Source of the DNA: Ascidiella aspersa
Taxonomy: Eukaryota
Length of the DNA stretch: 64,000 bases
Assembly (NCBI GenBank): GCA_963924565.1
Contig: OZ004613.1
Span: 15,252,001-15,316,000, forward strand
Reading direction: 5' to 3'
The notes under the pieces are model-generated. The model had not been told where the DNA came from. It searched no databases and worked only from the letters and a program-made list of their open reading frames with translations. Made by a program: the position numbers and the translations under genes. Shown in pieces: positions 1 through 11,300 of this stretch (the first letter of the stretch is position 1; each line of letters starts with the position of its first letter).

Positions 1-11
1 TATGCGATCAG

Positions 12-1556
12 GTGGTTGGCAACACACGTACAGCTGTTTTTTCGGAGTACGGAAATCATGGCAATGACGACTGGTTGGAGGGAGAAGTTAGTGTTTTCGG
101 AGACACCGAATATCAAGTAGGTCAAGTCAGTTAGAAAAACGGCACATTGCATGTTTATCAATTGTTCCAACCCTATTTTGTAAATGGCAACTTTAGTTAA
201 ACAATACGGCAATAACATCTTTAAATTCGGGTTAGCAATCTGTTTGAATATTATAAAACGGATTACTAGATTTCGGAACAAAAAGAACACCTCGGTGACG
301 AATGGGATTCGTTTGTAAATTATTTAATTTGTTTTTTCAGATCGCTTTTGAAGGAACACGTGGTTCTAGTTACCAAGGTGACATATCAATTGACGACGTC
401 GTAATTCTTCCAGGTGCTTGCGACAATGAAGGAAGTGGAAATGTCATCCCAGCAGGTAAACTGAAGCAACTACATTTGATTATTAGCATGCTTGAATTAT
501 ATTTTTCGAAGTTTATCTGTATTGACACTTGATATAAAAAGCAGGTCAAGGACAATGTTCGACAAACTAAGAGAAAGGCAGACAGTTTCGAATAAATGTT
601 TATGGTCTAATAGTGTGACATTTGTGATTAAACAAAAGTGGTTTATAGGTAAAGTGGTTGCATAGTGCTTTTTGTGGGTCATTAATTTAATTTTTTAGAA
701 AGAGAGTCGTGAAATGTCGCGATGTTTGACTTTTACATCTTGTAACGCAATTGGGGAAATCTTTTTCTTTGAAAGGTCACGATCTGCGAAAAATTTCGTC
801 TTCTTATTGTGACAATCTAATCATGGAAACATGGTTATTGGTTATACCATCATGGCAGACGTGGACAACTAGATTTATTATTTGACAAAAATAGATTAGA
901 ATTAAACTTAAAGCATTTTTCCCAAATTAGATTGGAATTAGAATTGGATGCTTTTAGTTTTCTTAAATTAGATTAGAATTAAAATTACCTAATTCTTGAA
1001 AACCAGAATTTGTACCGGAACTACATTTTATTATTCACAATCAATCTAATTAAAAAATATTTGTGTTCTATTTTATACGTTTTAGCATAGCAAATGCTTT
1101 TCAGCCTGTAAAAGTCGCCTACAAGTCGTTGCGACCAGTATTAATTTAAGTTCTTTGTTTCGACTGAGAGATAAAACATGCCGTTGGACGTAGATTTTTT
1201 CTTTTTGGTAAAATCCGAATTAAAGTAAAACTAGAATTAGAACACACAAGCAAAGTTACAAATTAGATTAGACTTATATTTAGCCCCGTTTTACTCTAAT
1301 TCATTGAATTAAAAAAATTAGAATTATCTAGAAGGCTGCAGCATGGGAACATGGTTAAACTAAAACTTCCTTCACATGAAACAAAATATTTTTTAGTACA
1401 TACACGCCAGTCAAATCCCAGTTTGAGATTGTATAAACACTTTTCTTGTTTTTAGATTGGCCACAATTGTCACAAAAGGGGGAATCCTACCATGTAATGG
1501 ACACGATCTACAAAGAAATATCGGAGGTTCAAATTCAAAACCAAGGACTGCCTTAA
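12..1556 (+). CDS. 3' exons of a MAM-domain protein (gene begins left of the window); exons ~12-116, 341-455, 1456-1556
   Basis: Spliced translation [35 protein letters not shown]|[27 protein letters not shown] matches the MAM C-terminal signature (W...Y/FQI.FEG..G....GDIAIDD.....G.C). GT/AG at 117/340 and 456/1455. The last exon (stop TAA 1554-1556) is less certain. AATAAA at ~1651. Confidence 0.8.
856..1338. mobile_element. Degenerate hAT-type MITE with TAGAAT/TAGAT subterminal arrays in the MAM gene intron
   Basis: CAG...CTG ends; 8-bp TSD catcatgg (848-855) / cagcatgg (1339-1346), 7/8 match; repeated TTAGAA/TTAGA motifs near both ends. Confidence 0.55.
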
Positions 1557-2310
1557 ACCAGTTTCTTAAAACAATTTTTTTTGTAGATTTTTAGTATGGT
1601 GAAAAATCGCGTGACTTTCTGTTTTTGTGATTAAATTGAATGTGGAAATGAATAAACAAAGCAATCAGCGCGAGCAGTTTTATTAGCTAGCGAGATAGCA
1701 CACATGGAAGGAATTAAAACGCGGGACCTGATTTTCCGAAATCGGAGTTAACGGCTGTGTTTCTTCAAGATAACGATGAATAATAAGAGTGCAAAATGAA
1801 ATAAATTATTGAATTGTCATGCATAAAACAGATAATGGCTGGAAATAAAAACAGATAGTGTTTCTTAAGGTGTTAGCCAATGCATTTTTTAATAGATTAA
1901 AATTTTATACAGATCTATTTATCATATTTTTACTACTATACACTTTTCAATAAAAAAATCGAATAAAAAGTCTTATTTGGTGCAAAATAAAAAAGCTTGA
2001 AATTGCGCATAAAGATTGGATCCTACAAGACACAATACGGTGAACGTAAAAGGCACAAGTGTAAATTGTGAACAATATATTGGGATTGTTGTAAAGTTAT
2101 GTTTAAACACATCAAAAAGCTAACAATTACTCGTAAACACCCTGAAATAATATTTGGTAATAGAAAGAACAAAATGAAATAAAACTCCAACACAACAATT
2201 GATCAAGCAGTTAGTTTACCCTTTCAGCTAGTTAGGCCTCGTTAATTAAAAATCAACATTTCCGTCTTAATTAGAAAAAAAGAGATATCCATTATGTCGG
2301 TAATTTTCGT

Positions 2311-5300
2311 CTACGCTTCAGAAGTGAGTTTTCCTGTAAAAAACATAAGCATGAAAATAATGCAAACGCATTTCCCACAAACTACATTTGTTATGAAAAC
2401 GTTTTCAAATCTGTCGTCGTTATTCTAATAAATCAATTTTCCTGAAGTCTATATAAGCACTTACCCCCTTCGTATGCCCCTCTTTCATCTGGTTTTCGGC
2501 GGCAATAGATGGTGACACCGAGGATTGCGGCGAAAACTACCAGCCCCAAAAGCGTCCAAAGTACGATTTCGGTTGTGTGGCTAGTCGACGGAGCTGTACA
2601 GAGGATAAGTGTTAAGGAGACAATCCTTAAACAAGGTGACAAGCGCGTTCACCTAATCGGATAAGACGGCTACTACGAATTTTTTTTTAACAGAAACAAA
2701 CATAAAAATCAGAAACAAGAAAGGCTAGGATATTACCTCCGCCAAACACATTGGACACAAACAAAAGAAAGTAAATAAACAGATTAGAAATAAAAAAAAA
2801 AAAACGCAACGTTAGCGTATGGTGAATACAATTAATTTGGAAAATCAAACAAAGATGTCTCACAATTCAAGGCGTGTTAACGGTTTAGACCATTTATGGT
2901 TTAAAGCGAACCAGGGTCCACATTTCATTCACAACAACTCTAATTTATTTCAATTACAGGGTTGGTTTACCTCCTAGGTCGCTGTAGACGGAAACCGACC
3001 TGCCCTCAAGTGGTTGCGCAGGACGAAAGTTACCGGAAAGCAGAGCTTCAGAAACCGCTGCATCTGGTTGAACAATAACTGTTGCTTAGCATTATTGCTA
3101 CACTTTAAAAAAACTATTCGGAGAATAAAAACTTTAAGAACAAAGTATTCGTAGAATAAAAACTAAAACAAACCCTAAATCCGAATCATTTAAATTAAAC
3201 GATAAAATTTGTATTCAGAATCATTAGATTGGACCTTTACAAAATAAAATCGTGAAGCGCTCGTGAAAATCATCGAAAAACATAAAAAATGTGCTTTGTT
3301 AACAAAATTATCACTGGCAAAACTGCTAGGTAAGCGAGAATACGAAAAAAAAAAAAAAAAAAAAAAAAAATAGACATGCTTGTTCCTTCAGTATAAAAAA
3401 TTACCTGTGTCTTTTAGCAGCGAGTTGGATGCATCCAGCGTTCCGTTTCCCTGCACTATTTCGAGATGGTGTAGTTTAAAGATCGATTGAAACGCTAAGA
3501 ACTGACAGAAAAACAGAAAAATCGTGGCGTTAAACAAGCGAAGCAAGCGTATTGACTTATTACGACTAGCAGCATTAACCCGGCCAAGTCGAGTAGGATA
3601 CACGCTTATATATTTCGTTTTAAATAAAGCTTTTTACAATAACGTTTTTCTAAAGTTAAGCTTTTTTCGAATCTACTCTTGCTCGGGCACATACAACAAT
3701 GAAGTTTCCTATATCTAACTTTATCTCAATTAATCTGATGATATTTTTGCAGGTAGATATCGTAAAGTGCATATGGGTGGACAATGAAAATTTTACGTTT
3801 TGCATTATTTAAAAAAGGCTTACTCGTTCTTTGCTGACAGATATGGGGTGAGTAAAGACCGACCACATTACGGATTGTGTACAAGGAGGCGTCGTAAGAG
3901 AGCCATAGTAGCGGTAATACGACTTGTTGGTGGGAAGTAGATCCATCAGATCCGGGCCATTGACAACGGGAAATTCATCGTCTGTAAAACAAACAAATAG
4001 TTAATCCCACAGGCGATTGTGAAAAGCTCTGAATTCTTCAGGTCTTGGATTGAGAGATATTTAACCTTTTTTTTTAAAGTACGGTAAACCAGATATCAGC
4101 TAAACAGTTGTGTGCAATATACGCAATTACACATGCTACTTTTATTGGAAAAAATGGATGGATTCGTTTCCACTGCCCTGTGTGTAAACTGAGCTTGGAC
4201 GTAAAAAATAAGCACTGTGTAATACATATATTCGAAACTGATTTGAGACTCAATTTTGGGAACAATATACAACAGATGCTATAAAATGATTAATAATTTA
4301 AGCGAACGACGTTAAACCATACTAAAGCACTGACTAAGAATTTTTATTGGATATTATTTAATTAAGTATTGGTATTGGATATCAAACGGTGTTAATTAGG
4401 TTTACTTCAGGCTACCTTCGTACTGGATCAAATCAAAATATTCGGTAAGTTTTTCCAGTGCTTCGTCAGCTTTATCCGATGGCAGCTGCCCTTCGTCAAC
4501 AACCTTGAAGAATACGCCAAGCACGGCAAGGTCATCTGTGTGGTCGTCATCGCCATCATCCTCTTTTTTATGGACAATGTGCATCTTAAAAAATATTCGT
4601 AAGGTTAATTTATTACATCAGGTGTCTTCAGGGTGGCAAAAAATCTACTGTTTTTTTCGCAAACAAAGCGATCCCACAAAACATATTAGCACATTACCAC
4701 CGACTTGTTGTGCCCTACCTTCACAAACATCTTTTAAATGCCGACTGATTTCGGTAAGAGCTTCCATAGATTCGCAGTTTACGTTAAATAAATATGCAAG
4801 TATATTTGCAGTTTCCTAGGTAATAATTAAACTTACACGTGTGTATTTAAAAAATCCGATACGAAATGCTCAGATTTAAAATTCTTCAAATCCCGGGTCA
4901 GTTATTTCAGGTAATATTTTTTTTTGAAAGGATAAAATTTGCAAAAAACGACGAGGTCAAACTTGTTTTATATTTTGTTACTAGAAAGACTGCGACGCAT
5001 AACACACGCAAATTTACAGGAAAACACATTTAGGATGTGAAATGGGATTACATAGCTGGCGCCAGGAAGTTACCTCGATTGGGAAGTGTTGGCCGTTTAC
5101 AGTGTGCTCGGAGCCACCAGTTGATGTGACGCCCGACTCAGACACGACAGCCCTGGCCCAATGAAAGTGAAGCTGATGTGCCTCAAACTGCATCCCTGCG
5201 TTCTCAAAGTACAAGTCTTCCGGCAGGTTGTACATCACTGACAAAACAAAACGACTTTTAGTCCAATACAATCGCACTAAAAGAAATACGCTTGTTGAAT

Positions 5301-8300
5301 TATGTTGCATTTAAATTTTAACGATTCATTTTTACGCACCCCAAAATAATATTATAATATTTAATGCTGAAAGCACTATCTCTCGAAAGGTTTTAAATAC
5401 AAGTAACGATTACTTTTTTTGTTTTTTAGTGGAAACAATTAGTGGATGTGCAGGACTTCTAAAAAAGCACAGTTATTGTTTTTTAAATTAGACATCCAAC
5501 GTAACTGATAAAAAAATAGCGTATGATAATACTCCAAATCGAATTAGACGTACTTTTTCAAAATAACAAAACTATTGCCGAATCTTAACAGAGGAAAGTA
5601 GCAAATTATACCTTGAAAAGGTACTCTTGGCGTGAAATTACACCAAAAAAGTTTTGTACAAATGCGCATGGTCTATAAATTCGCCAATCTTTCGAAAAAG
5701 TTCTCAAAACAATCTAAATGTTCTTTCGCTAGCATTTTACAATAAACGCAAACACCACAGAAGGCTAACGTTTTTTCCGGTCTACCTGTGTGCCCATTGT
5801 TAATCAGTTCGCCATAGGTTTGCTCGCTGTAAGACGGAGAAAAAGAAAGACGTTTAAGTTCAGCCGACTCCTTGATTGACTTGGTGGCAAAGTCGATGGG
5901 CGATTGCTTCGTTCCGCTACATTCCTTCTCAGTGTCTGACCAATGGTTGGGCCCTTTGCAGAATGTAACGCTATAAGTTAAAAATTGAAAAAAGTTTTTA
6001 CACGAAAAAAATGTTAAGGCCCTGTTTCAGTAAGACCAAATAGAAAATTAAGAATTGAATGTTAGACTGTAAAAAAATAACAATTATATTTTTGTATGAC
6101 ACGGCCAAAATGTTGTTTTTACCTGTTGATCGTGACAATTTGTACACGTATATTCAACTGCTTCTTGGGTTAATAACCCGTTTGACGTGATGAAGTTATG
6201 TGGCGTACACACAACCGCGTTAACGGATAAATTCGTTAACGGATAAATCATGGTTAATTCGTTAACGGATAAATCAAGTATTATTAATTTTACATAATTC
6301 CCAGTGAGTTAAACGATAATTGTATCATTTGGCGAATTATGTAATGATTTCAAGCCTAAAGTAATTGTTCTGATATGCTTTATTTCCCCAATTTTTAAGA
6401 GTTAGGGCTTCCTTAAAAAAATTAAGGAGGGCAAAAACCACTGATCTATCCTTTAACGTTTCTCTGGTCCTAGTTTGACTCTTAATTTGTATGTTGAACA
6501 TAAACTTTGCAAATATCTACATCTACACTCGCTTTAAATCGGTTAAAAATTTATTATTTTTAGTTTTGTTTATAAAGCACCACGAGCATAAAGTGCTGTG
6601 TGCCGCAGCTACCGTTTAACTGTCGCCCTTTTTGACTTTGCATGAAGCGTCAGGCAACCGTTTGCTAGACTGTCAAGCAGAAAACCCAATGAAATCTACG
6701 TTACAAAACAATCAAAGGCAAGTGAACCACTGATTTAACGTTTCTCCAGAATGCGTGTATACATAACACATAACAGGTCCCAAAGCGTAGCTAAAACTTG
6801 TGGTATAGAAAGCAGTAATCGTGCCGTCAGTTAACACGCCAGATAACACTGAAATTACCGACCCGTAGTACAAAAACGTGCCTAACATTCCAAGCGAAAA
6901 TCACTTTCATTCTCTATTAGGAAGCGCAGCACAAAGTAATCTATAAAGATTTGCATACCTCAGCAGAAACTGCAAAACCTACCGTGTTCGCCGTCGTAAT
7001 GCCAGCCACTTGCTGACGTCACATGAACATCTGCATAAACAGAGATTTAAGTCAGCGGTTTTACGTATCGTTTCAAATTGACGATAAGCAGACTTTGCAG
7101 TAAAACTTTTTAGGCGAACCTTTGCGTCTATCTTGTATAAATTAAAGCTTATAGGGGCGAAAAAGTAAAATGATTTAGAAATGCAAGAAAAGTAAAATGA
7201 ATTGTAAGTGCAAGACAACGCGGAAGTCCAAAACAATGCGCAAAATAGATTTGTGATATTTCCCAAACACCAGTCTTTCTACGTTGTCAAATGACACTTG
7301 GTTCACTTAGGAGTTGGTCCTTCGTCAGTTCAGCTGAGAGGGGGAACACGCAAATGCGATCAACTAATAGGAAAATACACAATAAGACTTACAAGGCAAC
7401 GATATCTAAAGCAGAATAATCTATAATACCAAAGTATTTAGACCAACAACAAAATACAGGTAAATTTAGTAATATCCACGACAGAATAAGATTAAATCGT
7501 CTGAATAAGAAAAAAAAAAAAATCAGACCTAAGGGAGTAAAAGATATCTTAGGGGGGCCGTTTATCTGAAAATCTAAAAGATAAGAAATGTAAAACGTCC
7601 ATTTTCGGCGTATTTAATCATAAAACGCTCCTTTTTTGCTCATCAGTATTTTGTCAATAGACATATACTTTGTTGTTGTGCCGCCGCCGTTTTTAGGTCT
7701 GATGCAAGTGAAAAAAGGTTGCGGAGCACTTGCCTATAGCGTTTTCGGGGAAAGCGGTTTGCTAAACAGTATTTCACAAGAGCATAAGTGCAGGTTCGTT
7801 GAAACATAAACCCTTGCATAACACTCACCGATGTCGTAGAATCCGGTAACGACCCTTCCGTTGAGTTCTTGGGTAGGCCGAAAGTTGTCACTCATTTCCT
7901 CATCTTCGTCTTGTTCCTCCATTGCGTGATTTGACTCGTGTGAGTCGGGCGCATCTGTTTAAAACAGGACAGGGTCACAGGAGTCACCAGTCTAGTGACC
8001 AGTTCCCTATGCACTGCAAGACACAACCGATTGAATAGAGCATTTATTGACGTACATAGTCTATACGCAGAGTACATAAACAGAGACTTGCTGAGTATTT
8101 CCGCATCCTATCAGAACATGGTCTCGACATATATACTTTGTTGCTGTGGTGGTCTAACTCACACTGTGTTTACATGAAGGACAAATTATACTAAATGAAC
8201 GTCATAAGAAAGTCATAATAGAAGCCGTGCTTCAAAACAACTTGCGGTGATAAAATAATACAAAAATATAGACTGAAATTCGTTTGTTAAAAATTTGATT

Positions 8301-11300
8301 GCAATTTACATTATTGTTTACATAATTCCATTCAAAATAAGTAATTAGCCAAATCGGATTTCATTTCGAGTAAATAAAAGCCATTTCAGATTGAATTTAT
8401 GTAAATAAAACGTGACGTTAACTTTATTCAGATATATAATGAGTTTAATGACTTAGGTGCACTTAAATCACCAACTTTACAAGTTTATTGAAAAAGACTT
8501 GACTTGGACTTAAGATATGTTAAAAAGGCTGGTTTGCAACACTGCCTTTATAACAGATAGCATAAACTCAATACATTTTAGATTCGTTTTTATACTTTTA
8601 GTTAAATCTTGTTGTACGTGGATGATACCCTACTTTTAAAACAACTTTTGGGTTGGGCACAATATATGAAAGAGCAGACATTCGTTGTAGTATTAAGATT
8701 CAGAACTATGCTTTCAACGCACATTGTTTAAACGTTTTTATAGTCTTTTCAGAATGGCGCTGGGCCTAGTTTGACTTTTAATTTGTATGTTAAACATAAA
8801 CTTTGCAAATATCTACATCTACACTCGCGTTAAATCTGTTAACAATTTATTATTTTTAGTTTTGTTTGTAAAGCACCACGAGCATAAAGTGCTGTGTGTC
8901 GCAGCTACCGTTTAACTGTCGCCCTTTTTGACTTTGCATGAAGCGTCAGGCAACTGTTTGCTAGACTGTCAAGCAGGAAACCCAATGAAATCCACGTTAC
9001 AAAACAATCAAAGGCAAGTGCATACCTGGGGGCGGGGTTGTTCGTTTAGGTGCCACCTTCAGACTTTGAAGTATTTTGAGCTGTTGATTAAAAGGGTAGA
9101 CATATCAGTATTTGTTGAAATAAGTGTTTCGACTTGAGAAACTGGTACCAGGCATTTTAATCTCCATTAAAGCACACGATACAACATTGTCGTATACTGT
9201 CAAAAATATAAAAACACATTTTCTTGTTTATTTCGTGAAGACTTTCCGCCTCCACACTAGTGTCAGAATTGCAATAAAAAGCTTGTAAAATTGCACATAC
9301 AAATTGATTCACGAAACGTTGTACAATGTTCTTTAAAATTTAAAGAATATCTTTTTAGCGATAACCAGAAACTTTTTCCCCAATAAAATGTGTTTGAGCT
9401 CAGTTTATCATTTATATGGACGGTTAATGGAAAACGCTCGACTACCTGGAAAACACTAAAGTCAAGGTGTGGCCAAACACGGCTATTTTTTTCAGTATCG
9501 ACACTGTCAATTTTCATGTTATTTAATATTTGCCTATTATACCTACATAATGCAAAAATATCGTTAAAATTCCAATATGTCTTTGTTTGGTAAATCTTGT
9601 TAGCATAAACACGCCGTGCGTCTCATGGCAGTTAGCTAAAATCTTAAGGGCAAGGTCTTTTGTCGCACTGTACGCTCCAAGGTATTTTGCTTGATTCCAA
9701 TTGCATATTGCATACGAGACTTTTGTTAAGGCATATTACATTTTTGCCAAGCCGCCATAAACAAATCAATGATCCGCCGCTGCTCGGATTCTATTTATTT
9801 TTGTAAAGTCAAGTAAAACAGATTTTGGAAATTTTGAATGCTTGATTGCATTTATTTAAGTCCTACAGTGTGAATGAAAAGATAAGGCTCTTTGTGGTTA
9901 CCCAAGAAATACCATCTTGCTTTTGGTCTCAGACTGGCTATGCACCCCTGTTCTAGTCTGTTAGTGAACTAGACCGTTGACATAAATTAGGACGATTAGT
10001 GCATGTGCTTTTTCCGGCCATTACGGCGCAGTACATGGCTCAGCAATGCGATAACGGAAACAGCGTAAGCAGTGTCGGTTGCCATATTTGGATACACGGC
10101 ATGTACGCTTGTAGAAAGAGTTTTCTGTTTTGAAATAAATTTACCTGATCAGGCGAGATTGTTACTGGGTTTTGGTAGACTGTCCACTGAACGGCCTCGT
10201 AGCAAGGCGGGGTAGTGAGCGAGCCAGAGTATCGGTAATAACTTCCGGAAACCGGAAGCAACGACACAAGGCTGACGTTCTTGCTGAGGTCGGCAGAGTC
10301 ACCTAAAAATGGAGTTTGTTTTGGTGTTTAAAATTACCATAATATTAAAATATTGGACATAGAGCAGAGAATCCAAAATCATTATAACCGAACACATACC
10401 ACTTTTAAACATAAATGTTACTTGTCGAATTATAGCAATAAGTCAGTGTTGTAAACAAGTAATTTTAAATCAAAAGGACTTAAGTCCCAGTCAAATCGTT
10501 CAGAAAATAACTTAAGTTCAAGTCAAGGTTTTTTTATTAAATCACAAGTAAAGTCCCAGCATAATTATATCAAGTCAAGTCATAATTATAGCTTATGACT
10601 TGAAGTAAATTCCAAGTCAAGTTCTTACTAAAATTAGAAAAATAAGATATATAAACGAATTTTATAAAAAAAACCTTCCTCATTTTAACCAAAGTCATTT
10701 GTCTGATAGACTTAGTCAAGTCAAGTCATTTGCCCAAAAGACTTAAGTCAAGTCAAGTCATTTTTCCCAAATAACTTGAGTCAAGTCAAGCAATTTAAAA
10801 ATCAGTTACTTAAGTCAAGTCATTGACTCAGTTTAGTACAACACTGTATTACGTTGCGTGTTATATTCCGCCGCAGACAATCGGCGATTATAGACCACAA
10901 TGCATCATCACGGACTGATAAATATTATACAAAAATATTACTTTTTTAATAAATTGCGTAAAGGAGCATGGTTCAAGTTTTTGTCGTTGTAATTGGTAAG
11001 TCACGACAGATTTTTATTGAGTTGTTCGCACACAAAGAAAACGTTTAACATTTGTGTTCTGTACCGCTATGACATTTTCGTGCAATTTGTTCAACTAAAA
11101 AATGACCAACAATACAATTAAATCTTACTTAAGATTTCATAGAATATATAACATTTGGTGCAAAACTTCTTCACGCGATTTGTTTTGTTTTTGCCTGACG
11201 AGCAAAATATTTTACTAGTTCATCATTGTGATATTTCTTTGCGATAAAAGTGCGAAGAAGTACCAAAAACGAAAGCATTTGGGTGGGGCCTTTTGCATCA

